DNA from: an uncultured delta proteobacterium
GTDB taxonomy: Bacteria; Desulfobacterota; Binatia; DP-6
Reading direction: 5' to 3'
DNA: 64,000 nucleotides
Assembly: GCA_963815115.1 (NCBI GenBank)
Contig: CAWFFN010000008.1
Location: 266,226 to 330,225 of the forward strand
Shown here: piece after piece, positions 16,582-25,720 of the stretch
Position numbering within the stretch: position 1 is the first letter of the stretch
Layout of the letters: each line of letters begins with the position of its first letter
The notes under the pieces: model-generated
Seen by the model: the letters and a program-made list of their open reading frames with translations, nothing else
Database searches by the model: none
What the model was told of the DNA's origin: nothing
Program-made: the position numbers and the translations under genes

Positions 16582-17987
16582 TGCTGCGCTGCCTCGGCGA
16601 CGATCGAGAAGCGCTCCTTATCGCCCTGCTTCGTCGTGGGTGAGCTGAAGGTCACGTTCTTGAAGCGCTTCGACTTCTCGAGCGCCGTGATGAGGTCGGA
16701 CGCCGAGCGTGCCTGGCCATCGAGGGAGAGCTTGCCCCCGCGCACGTTGAGTCCGGTGAGAAAGGCGTCGTTCGGCACCAGCTCGGTCAGATCCTTGAGC
16801 AGCGGGGTGAGGCGAGGCTCCTGACCTTCGCTCAGCGTGTCGATCTCACGCTGGAGACCCTCGATCTCCGCCTGCAGCGCCTTCACCTCGCGCACCTCCG
16901 GCCCGATCGCCTCGATCTGGGCCTGGAGCTGGCGCTGCAGCAGCACGTCCTTGACGAGCGCGCTTCCTCCCCACACCAGCAGGAGCAACGCGGAGCAGGC
17001 GACCAGCACGACGGTGGTGAGCGAGAGCCCCTCGTCGGCGCCGCGACGTCCCTCCGCGGGCAGCAGGTTCAGCGGGACGGTGCCCTCGCGCACCGCGTCG
17101 AGCGCGGCACCCAGGGCGGGCAGCATGGCGGGCTCGGCGGACGCGAAGAACTCCTCCGTCGCCCCGAGGCGGCCGCGCGCCAGCGCGAGCAGATCGCCCT
17201 CCCCCGGCATCGGGATGGCCGGCGCGGCGCCGTTCGCCAGCTCCCAGCGGTAGAGCGGCACGTTCTCCACCAGGAGCGCCTGATCGGTCAGCTGGCGGGC
17301 CACGGAGCGCTCGAGCGCGGCCGCGTCCGCGAGCCGCTTCGCCGGCACCAGCTGGCTCGACAGCAGCTGGCCTCCGGAGAGGAGCGCGACCTCCATGGCA
17401 CCCGGCGCGCTCACCAGCAGGCCGAGCGGACCGGCCTCGCCGCGACAGAAGGTGATGAAGTCGGCGATCGCCGTCGACGCCAGCACGATGCCGCGCGGCC
17501 GCACCAGCGCGTCCTCCAGCGCCTCGAGGTAGCCGCGCACGACCACGCGCGGAATGCACATGAGCAGCACCTCGAGCCGCTCCTCGCCGTAGTCGCGCGC
17601 GGAGTAGTCGTAGTAGATCTCGTCGCGCGACAGGGGGATGAGGTTCTCGATCTCGTATTCGAGAACCTGGGCGAGGTTCTCCCGTGCGGCCGCGGGCAGG
17701 AGCACGCGATTGAAAGCCGCCTCCGTGCGCGGCACGCAGAGCACGGTGCGGCGCGTGTCGACCCCGCCCTCGCGCGTGAACGCGACGACCGCATTGGTGA
17801 GCGCCTGCCGGCGCTCCGCGGGCAGCTCGAGCCCCGGCAGCGGGACCGTGGCCGTCCGCCGCACCGTGACCCGGAACAGCCGCTTGCTGAGATGCGCGAA
17901 GGCCACCTCGTGGCTGCCGACGTAGATGCCGAGGCCGTCGACGAAGTCCGCCCGCCGGAGCCGCTGCGACAGCTCGCCGAGGGTCAC
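16578..17987 (-). CDS. gspL: Type II secretion system protein L (cytoplasmic actin-like domain, one TM helix, periplasmic domain). GTG start overlapping the gspK stop (GTGA).
   Basis: VVTLGELSQRL...GIYVGSHEVAFAHL cytoplasmic domain. TM LSLTTVVLVACSALLLLVWG. The rest of the 951-aa track ORF upstream is Arg-rich junk. Confidence 0.65.
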   Translation of the reverse strand: MTLGELSQRLRRADFVDGLGIYVGSHEVAFAHLSKRLFRVTVRRTATVPLPGLELPAERRQALTNAVVAFTREGGVDTRRTVLCVPRTEAAFNRVLLPAAARENLAQVLEYEIENLIPLSRDEIYYDYSARDYGEERLEVLLMCIPRVVVRGYLEALEDALVRPRGIVLASTAIADFITFCRGEAGPLGLLVSAPGAMEVALLSGGQLLSSQLVPAKRLADAAALERSVARQLTDQALLVENVPLYRWELANGAAPAIPMPGEGDLLALARGRLGATEEFFASAEPAMLPALGAALDAVREGTVPLNLLPAEGRRGADEGLSLTTVVLVACSALLLLVWGGSALVKDVLLQRQLQAQIEAIGPEVREVKALQAEIEGLQREIDTLSEGQEPRLTPLLKDLTELVPNDAFLTGLNVRGGKLSLDGQARSASDLITALEKSKRFKNVTFSSPTTKQGDKERFSIVAEAAQQ

Positions 17988-19087
17988 GACGGCTTCTCCG
18001 GGATGGCGCCGGTCGGCAGCGCGCCGGTCCAGGGCGCGCGATCGAGCCACAGCTCCGGCTGCGGCTCGTCGAGATTTCCCTCCTCGAGCTCCCACACGGC
18101 GGCGATCGTCGCCCGGTTGCGCGGCTGCGAGGAGTCGGCGCGGGCCTCGATCATGACGGTGTGCGCCGGCTCGTCCACCAGCTTGTCCTGCAGCGTGGGA
18201 TCGATGGCGGCCACCTTGGTCTGCAGCGCGGTCACGAAGTCGGCGGGGTTCTCGTCGCGCTGCGCGATGAGATCGGCGGCCTCGGCGGCCTCGAGCCCGA
18301 GCAGCGCCTGGAGCACCGGAGCGGCGACGGTGCGGGCGTTGATGGTATCGGTCTTCTTGTTGAAGACCGTGATGACGTCCTTCAGCCCGGGCCGGTCCTC
18401 GCTGCCGTAGAACAGGTCCGCCGTGACGCCGCGCACCTGGAGCAGCTCCTGCGGATAGTCGAAAAAGCCGTTCTTGGCCGGGTAGCCCCGGTTCGAGCGA
18501 TACCACTTGCTCTCCGCCCCGTGCGTGCGCTCGAGCGAATCGGTGTCGCGCCAGTCGAGGATGGAGTCCACGATCTCGGCGATCTCCTGCTCCGTCCGGT
18601 TGTTGACGCCCTTGGTGGCGTTCCCGCCCCGCACCAGGTTGGTGATCACCCGCGTCAGCATCGCCTCGTTGGCGCGATTGATCGGGATGCGGCCGCCCTC
18701 GTCGCTCACCCGCACCTCGTACTGCACGCCGTGGAAGGTGTCCGCGTGCCACTGGCCGTCCGCCTTGAGGGTGTCGTCCTCGTCGTCCTGTTCGTCGAAT
18801 CCCGCGTTGTTGTGCGCGGACTTCGGGTCGGTCGCGCTCCCCGTGCGCATGCCGGTGGCGGGGTTCTGCTCGCGCGCGACCTTCGCCTGCCAGAGCGCCT
18901 TGTGCATGCCGGCAAGCGCCACGTAGTAGCCCTGGGTCTCGTCGGCGAAGTTCACTGCCGCCATGGCGTCGTCGCGCATGTAGCGCGAGAAATCGAGCGC
19001 CAGGACCCCCAGGATCATGAACGCCCAGAGCACGAGCAGGAGGGCGATGCCGCGCTGGCGATCGCGAGGGAGGCGTTGCCCCGTCAC
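17984..19087 (-). CDS. gspK: Type II secretion minor pseudopilin GspK.
   Basis: GIALLLVLWAFMILGVLALDFSRYMRDD N-terminus and size (367 aa) typical of GspK. Confidence 0.8.
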   Translation of the reverse strand: MTGQRLPRDRQRGIALLLVLWAFMILGVLALDFSRYMRDDAMAAVNFADETQGYYVALAGMHKALWQAKVAREQNPATGMRTGSATDPKSAHNNAGFDEQDDEDDTLKADGQWHADTFHGVQYEVRVSDEGGRIPINRANEAMLTRVITNLVRGGNATKGVNNRTEQEIAEIVDSILDWRDTDSLERTHGAESKWYRSNRGYPAKNGFFDYPQELLQVRGVTADLFYGSEDRPGLKDVITVFNKKTDTINARTVAAPVLQALLGLEAAEAADLIAQRDENPADFVTALQTKVAAIDPTLQDKLVDEPAHTVMIEARADSSQPRNRATIAAVWELEEGNLDEPQPELWLDRAPWTGALPTGAIPEKPS

Positions 19088-19878
19088 TCCTCGTCCCCCT
19101 CGTCGCTTTCGCTCTCCGTATCCGACGATTCGCCGCTCTCGCTGGACTGCTGCTCGTTGCCCATCTGCTGCTCGTTACCCTTCTCGGGAAGACCCTCCTC
19201 GTTGGCCTCCGCGCCGCCCTCGGTGAGGGTGGAGACCATGATGGGAATCTCCTGGCCCCAGGTGTCGACCTCGAGCCCGGGCAGGCCGTCGACCATGATG
19301 CGAATGGCGTTGGGCAGGATCTCCTCCTCGCGTGCGTCCCACGAGGAGCGCCACTCGGTATCGCTGCCGTCGTCCAGCAGGTACTGGAAGCGCAGCGTGC
19401 GGAAGCCGTCCAGCACCGCGGTGGTACGCTCACCGGCGCGCTCCATCCTGTCGCGACCGAGGCCGTCGGAGGAGAAGGATGGGCTCTCCGTGAGCATCAG
19501 ACAGGGAGGGTTAGGGCAGGACTGATCCCTGTCCTCCTTCAGCTTGTAGGTCACGCGCGCGAGCGTTCCGCCCCCTTGCAGCGCGGCCGCGGTGATGAAG
19601 CTCATCGAGTTGCCCGTGCCGACGAAGTAGGGATAGACCTCGTCGTCCTCGGTCCGCACCGGGTACGGGACGGCGGACTTCACCTGGCGAATCAGAACGT
19701 CGCTCGCCACCCGCAGGCGCTGCGCAGTGACCACCGCCACTTCCCCCCGCTCCACGGCCCGCATGCCGAGATGGAAGGCCGCATAGCAGATCGCGGTCAC
19801 CATCACGAGCGAGGTCATCGCGAGCAGGACCTCCAGGAGGGTGAAGCCCGCGCGCCGATCGGCCGGGCGGCTACTCAT
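19084..19878 (-). CDS. gspJ: Type II secretion pseudopilin GspJ, with an acidic Ser/Glu-rich C-terminal tail.
   Basis: Prepilin-type N-terminus AGFTLLEVLLAMTSL. 264 aa. Tail ...SSESGESSDTESESDEGDEE. Confidence 0.7.
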   Translation of the reverse strand: MSSRPADRRAGFTLLEVLLAMTSLVMVTAICYAAFHLGMRAVERGEVAVVTAQRLRVASDVLIRQVKSAVPYPVRTEDDEVYPYFVGTGNSMSFITAAALQGGGTLARVTYKLKEDRDQSCPNPPCLMLTESPSFSSDGLGRDRMERAGERTTAVLDGFRTLRFQYLLDDGSDTEWRSSWDAREEEILPNAIRIMVDGLPGLEVDTWGQEIPIMVSTLTEGGAEANEEGLPEKGNEQQMGNEQQSSESGESSDTESESDEGDEE

Positions 19879-20284
19879 CCTCGCGCGCCATCCGCATGCT
19901 GCGGAGCGTGTACTTCTTCGCGCCCGTGCCGTCCTGCCACGCCACCTCCACTTCCAGGTAGCGCAGGGTGTCGTCCGGCGCGGCGTCGGGATCGGTCTCC
20001 GCGAGGCCGTCGCCGGCGTCGGCGTGACGCACCGTGACCTTGGTGCGAAATCCCTCGGCGGTGGTGAACTCCTGCGTGTGATCCTTCAGCTCGCGCTGGA
20101 AGATGAGCGCGTCCATCGCGGCGCGCGCGTGCAGCACGGCGCGGCTCTGCCGCGACGCCCGGTCTTCCAGGCGGAGACCCCCGCTGAAGACCTGCATGCA
20201 CGCCACCATGCCGATGCCGCAGATGGCGAGCGCGACGGCGATCTCGAGCAGCGTGAAGCCGCCGGCGCGGGGAGGTCGCGTCAT
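19871..20284 (-). CDS. gspI: Type II secretion pseudopilin GspI.
   Basis: MTRPPRAGGFTLLEIAVALAICGIGMVA prepilin N-terminus. 137 aa. Start overlaps the gspH stop. The longer 325-aa track ORF upstream is junk. Confidence 0.75.
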   Translation of the reverse strand: MTRPPRAGGFTLLEIAVALAICGIGMVACMQVFSGGLRLEDRASRQSRAVLHARAAMDALIFQRELKDHTQEFTTAEGFRTKVTVRHADAGDGLAETDPDAAPDDTLRYLEVEVAWQDGTGAKKYTLRSMRMAREDE

Positions 20285-20745
20285 GATTCGGCGTCTCGCA
20301 CCCGCACGGTTCCCACCAGCGGATCGAGCGTGATCCGGAGGCGGTTGCGGGTGCGATCGCGGCGGCTGGCGACGACGACGTCGGCGCCGCTGGTGCTGCC
20401 GTTGGGGTAGAACAGAACCTGGACCGCGCCGTCGCCGAGCGCGGCTCCGCCGTCGACGCGCTCGATGATCGCCCGATCCGTGAGCACGGCCCAGCGACCC
20501 CGGTCCGAGGTGGCGATGAGGTTGCGCTCGGGGTTGATGACGAGCTCCTGCGGCTCGGCCTTCGACACCGCTTCCACCCGACAGTGGACCATCGTCGCGG
20601 CGATCTGCCGCGCCGCGCGCCGCACCTCGCGCGAATCGAACCCTCCTTCGATGAGGGGCACGGCCAGCGTCATCCCGATGGCGATGACGACGAGGACCAC
20701 CGTCATCTCGATGAGCGTGAACCCGCGACGGCACTGCCGGCTCAC
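20281..20745 (-). CDS. gspH: Type II secretion pseudopilin GspH.
   Basis: RRGFTLIEMTVVLVVIAIGMTLAVP prepilin N-terminus. 154 aa. Confidence 0.75.
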   Translation of the reverse strand: MSRQCRRGFTLIEMTVVLVVIAIGMTLAVPLIEGGFDSREVRRAARQIAATMVHCRVEAVSKAEPQELVINPERNLIATSDRGRWAVLTDRAIIERVDGGAALGDGAVQVLFYPNGSTSGADVVVASRRDRTRNRLRITLDPLVGTVRVRDAES

Positions 20746-21173
20746 CCGCTGTCGCCTCCCCAGCTGGTGACGTCGCGGTTGTTGTCCGTGCCGCCGGGCG
20801 CACCGTCGGCGCCGAGCGAGTACAGGTCGTAGGGCCGGCCAGCCTCACCCGGGCTGCGGTACAGATACGGCCGGTCCCAGGGATCCTTGGGGACGCCCTT
20901 GTTCAGGTACGGACCGTCCCACCGGTCCACCCCCATGGGGCGCTGGACCAGCACCGCCAGGCCCTCCTGGCTGGTCGGATAGCGTCCGACGTCGAGTCGG
21001 AACGTGTCCAGCACGGTTCCCAGGCGCTCGATCTGCATCGCGGCCGCCTGCACCTTCGCCTTCTCGGAGCGGCCGATCAGGTTCGGCCCCACGAGCGCCA
21101 TCAAGAGCCCGATGATCACCATGACCACCATGATCTCGATGAGGGTGAAGCCCGCCTGTCGTCGTCGTGCCAT
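20742..21173 (-). CDS. gspG: Type II secretion major pseudopilin GspG.
   Basis: QAGFTLIEIMVVMVIIGLLMALV...DPWDRPYLY. Classic GspG. 143 aa. Confidence 0.9.
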   Translation of the reverse strand: MARRRQAGFTLIEIMVVMVIIGLLMALVGPNLIGRSEKAKVQAAAMQIERLGTVLDTFRLDVGRYPTSQEGLAVLVQRPMGVDRWDGPYLNKGVPKDPWDRPYLYRSPGEAGRPYDLYSLGADGAPGGTDNNRDVTSWGGDSG

Positions 21174-21188
21174 GTTTCCGTCCTCTCT

Positions 21189-22421
21189 TCACATGGGAAG
21201 ATCGTTGACGCTGAAGATCGCCGACAGCATCGACACGACGATGAAGCCGACGATGAGCCCCATGACCAGGATCAGCACGGGCTCGAGCAGCCGCGTGAAC
21301 TGCTGGATGCGCGTGCTCGTCTCGCGGTCGAAGTAGTCGGCCACCTTGAGCAGCATGTCGTCGAGGCGGCCGGTCTCCTGGCCCACCGAGATCATCTGGA
21401 TGGCGAGGGGCGGGAAGACCCCCGAGCGTGCCAGCGGCTCCGCCACGCCCTCGCCTTCGCGAACGCCGACCTCGACCTCCGCCAGCGAGCGAGCGACGAC
21501 CTGGTTGCCAGCGATCTCCTTGACGATGCCGAGGGCCTGTACCATCGGCACGCCGCTCTTGAGGAGCGTCCCGAGGGTGCGGGCGATCTTCGCGACCTCG
21601 AGCTTCCGCATGACGTCGCCGAGGAGGACGACGCGGAGCTTCCACTGGTCGAAGGCGAGGCTCCCGTGCGGCGTGCGCACGTACCATCGGACGACGAAGA
21701 CCACGAGCGCGATGATCCCGATCCCGAGCCACCAGTAGCCGCGCACGGCGTCCGACACGCCCAGCACGAGGCGCGCCGAGAGCGGCAGGGTCTTGCCGAG
21801 GTCGGTGAAGAGCGAGGAGAACTTGGGCAGCACGTAGGTAAGGAGGACCAGGATGGAAGCGCCCATGGCGCCGGTGAGCACCACCGGATAGGCCAGCGCG
21901 GCGCGCGCCTCGTCGCGCACCGCCTGGGAGCGCTCGAGGTACTCGAGGAGCCGGAGCAGGACGGCGTCGAGGAAGCCGCCCACCTCGCCGGCGCGCACCA
22001 TGTTCACGTAGATCGACGGGAAGAAGCGGTGCTTCGCGAGGGCCTCGGCGAACGACTTGCCGCCGCGCACCGCCTGCAGCACGTCGCCGAGGATGGCCTT
22101 CAGCTCCGGCTTGTCGGCCAGCTCGACGAGCGTCGCCAGGCTGCGGTCGAGCGGCAGACCCGCGGTGAGGAGAGCCGACAGCTCCTGGGTGATGACCAGC
22201 AGATCCCGGTTGTTGGGCTTGCGGCGAATCACCGGCATGCTCGGGAGCGCGAGCCGCGATTCCTTCGCCTTGGCCTTTCCCTCGCCGGCAGCGCCCACGC
22301 GAAGCGGGATGAGCCCGCGATCCTGCAGGCGCGCCACGACCGCTGCGGCCTCGGCCGCCTCGATCGTCCCCTCGACGACCTTCCCTTCGGGATCAGCCGC
22401 GCGGTACTGGAATTGGGCCAA
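21189..22421 (-). CDS. gspF: Type II secretion inner-membrane platform protein GspF. Start assigned to the TTG at (L)AQFQYRAADPEGK by alignment with the usual GspF N-terminus; the track ORF continues 54 codons upstream to an ATG coupled with the upstream stop.
   Basis: Two GspF repeats, three TM segments, C-terminal LLEPVLILVMGLIVGFIVVSMLSAIF. An RBS-like ggaga lies 6 nt upstream of the TTG. Confidence 0.8.
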   Translation of the reverse strand: MAQFQYRAADPEGKVVEGTIEAAEAAAVVARLQDRGLIPLRVGAAGEGKAKAKESRLALPSMPVIRRKPNNRDLLVITQELSALLTAGLPLDRSLATLVELADKPELKAILGDVLQAVRGGKSFAEALAKHRFFPSIYVNMVRAGEVGGFLDAVLLRLLEYLERSQAVRDEARAALAYPVVLTGAMGASILVLLTYVLPKFSSLFTDLGKTLPLSARLVLGVSDAVRGYWWLGIGIIALVVFVVRWYVRTPHGSLAFDQWKLRVVLLGDVMRKLEVAKIARTLGTLLKSGVPMVQALGIVKEIAGNQVVARSLAEVEVGVREGEGVAEPLARSGVFPPLAIQMISVGQETGRLDDMLLKVADYFDRETSTRIQQFTRLLEPVLILVMGLIVGFIVVSMLSAIFSVNDLPM

Positions 22422-22491
22422 CGGCAGTCTCCAGGTCCCGCCCCCGCAACACTGCAACCCGGAGCGTAACTGGCGGGAAAACCTTCGCAAA

Positions 22492-22520
22492 TCTATACGC
22501 GAACGCAGGCCGGCCTGCAA
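22492..22520 (-). promoter_or_regulatory. Candidate sigma70/sigmaA-type promoter (TTGCAG-N17-TATAGA) in the 157-nt gap upstream of gspF.
   Basis: Read on the minus strand: ttgcag gccggcctgcgttcgcg tataga, in a locally lower-GC stretch. Coordinates approximate to within 2 nt. Confidence 0.3.
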
Positions 22521-22579
22521 TCGCGCGGGGCCCGGCATGGATGCGCACGACCGGTTAGACTGCGCGCCGCGGGCCTTCT

Positions 22580-23965
22580 TCAACCGGCGATGCGCACCCG
22601 TCCATCCATGTCCGCAGCCGGCGCGACGCCGAGGAGGGTGAGGATCGTCGGCGCGAGATCGACGATGTCGAGACCGTCCGTCGGGACGCCGGGACGGTTC
22701 ACGTAGAACAGCGAATCGGCGTAGGTGTGCATGCCGGTGAGCGCGCTGCGCCCGAACACCTCGCGGCGCGCCATGGCCCCCTTCGGGTCGTAGCCATCGT
22801 TGAAGTGCACCACCAGGTCGGGCGCCGAATCGAGGCAGGGGCCGTGGTAGAGCTCGTCGCGCGCGAACACGCGCGGCACGGGGCAGCCGTCCGACGGCGC
22901 GCCGGGGGTCGGGTCGCGCAGCGCGAGCAGCCCGGCGCGCACGCGGGCGATGAGTTCCTCCGCCTCCGCTTCACCCACCGTGCCGAGCGGATAGCGGCCC
23001 TGGCGATGCAGGTAGACGCGCCCGGGATCGAGGATGAAGACCTTCGTCGACGGATCCATGTCGGCGGGGCCCTTCGGCGTGTCGCTGGTGAAGCGCAGGA
23101 GCCCCTGCTCGCGGAGCCACGCGTTGGGATAGAACTCGCTGTGAATCAGCGTGTGGCCGTGGTCGGCCACCACGAAGAGCGGGATCTCCGCCGGCAGGGC
23201 CGCGACCAGCTCGCCGACCACGTCGTCCAGCCGACGGTAGAAGTCCAGGAAGCGCTCGTGATGGGGCGCCGCCGGATCGGTGTACTGGCTCCAGAAGTAG
23301 TGGTGCAGGCGATCGCATTCCGTGACGACCCCGATGAAGAGATCCCAGGGCTCCTCCCGCACCAGCCGCAGGTAGACGCGGCGCCGGGCCTCCAGCGTGG
23401 CAGCGAGATCGGTGAAGAAGTGGTCCGGCCGCTGATCGGCGTTGACGTAGTCGACGTCGATCCGGTAGCCGTCCGCCTTGAGCCGCGGCAGCAGCGCGGC
23501 GGGCCACACGGCGCGCTCGAGATTGACGGCGACGAAGCCCGACACCAGCAGTCCGTTGAGCTCGCGCGCCGGATAGGTGTTCGGGATGTTGAGCACGATG
23601 CAGCGCTTGCCCGCGCGGCCCGCGACGTCCCACAGCGTGTCGCCGCGCACGTTGCCGAAGTTGGGGAAGAACATGCTCAGCGTGCCGGGCTTCAGGTCGG
23701 TGAAGCCGTAGACGCCGTGCTTGCCCGGGTTCTTCCCGGTCATGAAGCCGGTCCAGGAGACGCTCGAGATGGTCGGGATCGACGACCGCATGGGGGCGGC
23801 CGTGCCGGACGCGAGCAGCCGGCCGAGGTTCGGGGTGATGCCGCGAGCGATCAGGTCCACCACCAGGGGCAGCCCGACCCCGTCGAGCCCCAGCACCGCC
23901 ACCTTCCCCGGGCGCTCCTCCGCCCGGGCGCCACCGCCGCGGCGCAGCCGGTCGAGCCATCCCAC
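22580..23965 (-). CDS. Alkaline-phosphatase-superfamily protein (type I phosphodiesterase / nucleotide pyrophosphatase-like), embedded in the T2SS operon.
   Basis: VAVLGLDGVGLPLVVDLIARGITPNLGRLL...SIPTISSVSWTGFMTGKNPGKHGV...FVVADHGH motifs of the phosphodiesterase / AP superfamily. No signal peptide. Its start overlaps the gspE stop (ATGA). Confidence 0.7.
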   Translation of the reverse strand: MGWLDRLRRGGGARAEERPGKVAVLGLDGVGLPLVVDLIARGITPNLGRLLASGTAAPMRSSIPTISSVSWTGFMTGKNPGKHGVYGFTDLKPGTLSMFFPNFGNVRGDTLWDVAGRAGKRCIVLNIPNTYPARELNGLLVSGFVAVNLERAVWPAALLPRLKADGYRIDVDYVNADQRPDHFFTDLAATLEARRRVYLRLVREEPWDLFIGVVTECDRLHHYFWSQYTDPAAPHHERFLDFYRRLDDVVGELVAALPAEIPLFVVADHGHTLIHSEFYPNAWLREQGLLRFTSDTPKGPADMDPSTKVFILDPGRVYLHRQGRYPLGTVGEAEAEELIARVRAGLLALRDPTPGAPSDGCPVPRVFARDELYHGPCLDSAPDLVVHFNDGYDPKGAMARREVFGRSALTGMHTYADSLFYVNRPGVPTDGLDIVDLAPTILTLLGVAPAADMDGRVRIAG

Positions 23966-23968
23966 CCG

Positions 23969-25666
23969 CTACATCTCTTCCTGCGAGACGCGAACGACCT
24001 CGGCGACCGTCGTGACGCCGTTGCGCACGTTGCGCCAGCCGTCCTCGCGCAGCGGGCGCATCCCCTGCTTCACCGCCGCCTCCTTGATCAGGCCCGACGA
24101 GGCGCGCTCGAGGATCAGCCCCTTGACGGCGTCGGTCACGGGCAGCAACTCGTACAGGCCCGAGCGGCCGCGGTAGCCCGTCTGCGCGCACTCCTCGCAG
24201 CCGCGACCCTCGACGGCGTTGACCTGCTCGTACCCGCCCCCGCCGATCTCCCGCAGCACCTCGACGCCGAGCTCGACGGGCTGCGCGCAGCGGCGGCACA
24301 CGCGGCGCACGAGCCGCTGCGCGAGGACGCCCAGCAGCGCCGAGGCGAGCAGGTAGTTCTCGACCCCCATCTCGAGGAGGCGCGACACGGCTCCGGCGGC
24401 GTCGTTCGTGTGCAGGGTCGAGAACACCAGGTGGCCGGTGAGCGCCGCCTGGATGGCGATCTCGGCCGTCTCCGCGTCGCGGATCTCACCGACCATGATG
24501 ACGTCGGGGTCCTGGCGGACGATGGAGCGCAACCCGCTCGCGAAGGTCAGGCCGATCGACGGCTTCACGTGGATCTGGTTCACGCCGAAGAGCTGGTACT
24601 CGACCGGATCCTCGATGGTGATGATCTTCTTGTCGGGCGAGTTGATCTTGTCGAGCGCGCCGTAGAGGGTCGTCGTCTTGCCGCTGCCGGTGGGCCCGGT
24701 CACCAGGATCATGCCGTAGGGCCGCTGGATGAGCTGGCTGAAGTCGGCGAGGGTGTCCTCGGGGAAGCCCAGCGATTCGAGATTCACCACGATGCTCGAG
24801 CGGTCGAGGATGCGGAGCACGACGCTCTCGCCGTGCAGGGTCGGCAGGGTGGAGACGCGGAGGTCGATCTCCTTGCCCATCATGCGCAGCTTGATGCGAC
24901 CGTCCTGGGGCAGGCGGCGCTCGGCGATGTCGAGCTTCGCCATGATCTTGATGCGCGACACGATCGCCGCCATCAGGCGGCGCGGGGGCGTCTCGACGTC
25001 GTGCAGCACGCCGTCGATGCGGTAGCGAACCTTCATCTCGCTCTCGAACGGCTCGACGTGGATGTCGGAGGCGCGCTGCTCGACCGCCCGGTTGATGATG
25101 AGGTTGACCATGCGGATGACCGGCGCCTCGCTGGCCAGATCGCGCAGGTGGTCGACGTCCTCCTCGTCATCGGAGAGGAACTCGAGGTCGCTTTCTCCTC
25201 CCTCCCCGCTCCCGTTCTTGCCCTCTCCGGCCCCGTTGCCGTACGCCGTCTCGAGCGCTTCCAGCACGTCGCGCTCGCGCGCCAGGCACGGCTCGATCTC
25301 GAGTCCCGTCGCGACCTGGAGGCCCTGGAGGGCGTAGTAGTCTCCCGGGTCGGCCATGGCGACCGTGAGGGTGCCGTTCTGCTGGCTCAACGGGAGCACC
25401 TTGGCTCGCCGCAGGTACTTCAGGTTGAGGTTGCCGAGCGGAACCGGCTCGGTCGGGAAGTCGCGCCGCGCCATCACCGGAACGCCGAGGTACGCCGCCA
25501 GGAGCGGCTGCAGATCCTCCTCGGAGATGAACCCGAGGTCGAGCAGCAGGCGCTCGAGCCGCTCCCCGCGCTCCTGCTGCAGGCGCCGCACCTTGCGCAG
25601 ATCATCGGGGCTGATGCGCCCCTGGTCGAGCAAGAGCTGTTCGAGGGTGCGATTGCCAAGCTCCAT
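23969..25666 (-). CDS. gspE: Type II secretion ATPase GspE.
   Basis: N1 domain, Walker A GPTGSGKTT, Asp and His boxes, tetracysteine CRRC...CEEC. 565 aa. An acidic insert (GNGAGEGKNGSGEGGESDLEFLSDDEEDVD). Confidence 0.9.
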   Translation of the reverse strand: MELGNRTLEQLLLDQGRISPDDLRKVRRLQQERGERLERLLLDLGFISEEDLQPLLAAYLGVPVMARRDFPTEPVPLGNLNLKYLRRAKVLPLSQQNGTLTVAMADPGDYYALQGLQVATGLEIEPCLARERDVLEALETAYGNGAGEGKNGSGEGGESDLEFLSDDEEDVDHLRDLASEAPVIRMVNLIINRAVEQRASDIHVEPFESEMKVRYRIDGVLHDVETPPRRLMAAIVSRIKIMAKLDIAERRLPQDGRIKLRMMGKEIDLRVSTLPTLHGESVVLRILDRSSIVVNLESLGFPEDTLADFSQLIQRPYGMILVTGPTGSGKTTTLYGALDKINSPDKKIITIEDPVEYQLFGVNQIHVKPSIGLTFASGLRSIVRQDPDVIMVGEIRDAETAEIAIQAALTGHLVFSTLHTNDAAGAVSRLLEMGVENYLLASALLGVLAQRLVRRVCRRCAQPVELGVEVLREIGGGGYEQVNAVEGRGCEECAQTGYRGRSGLYELLPVTDAVKGLILERASSGLIKEAAVKQGMRPLREDGWRNVRNGVTTVAEVVRVSQEEM

Positions 25667-25720
25667 GGACGACAGGAAAGGATACCTGCGGGCCCTCCGA
25701 CCGGCAAGCGAGCGGGCCTG

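Noticed and set aside
16578-19433. The 951-aa extent of the gspL ORF.
   Set aside because: Everything upstream of the GTG at 17987 is Arg/Gly/His-rich junk overlapping gspK in another frame.
21189-22583. The full 464-aa extent of the gspF track ORF, starting at an ATG overlapping the upstream stop.
   Set aside because: The first 54 codons (MKKARGAQSNRSCASMPGPARLQ…) cross a lower-GC promoter-like gap and are not GspF-like. The GspF N-terminus aligns from the internal TTG. Kept as an alternative start only.
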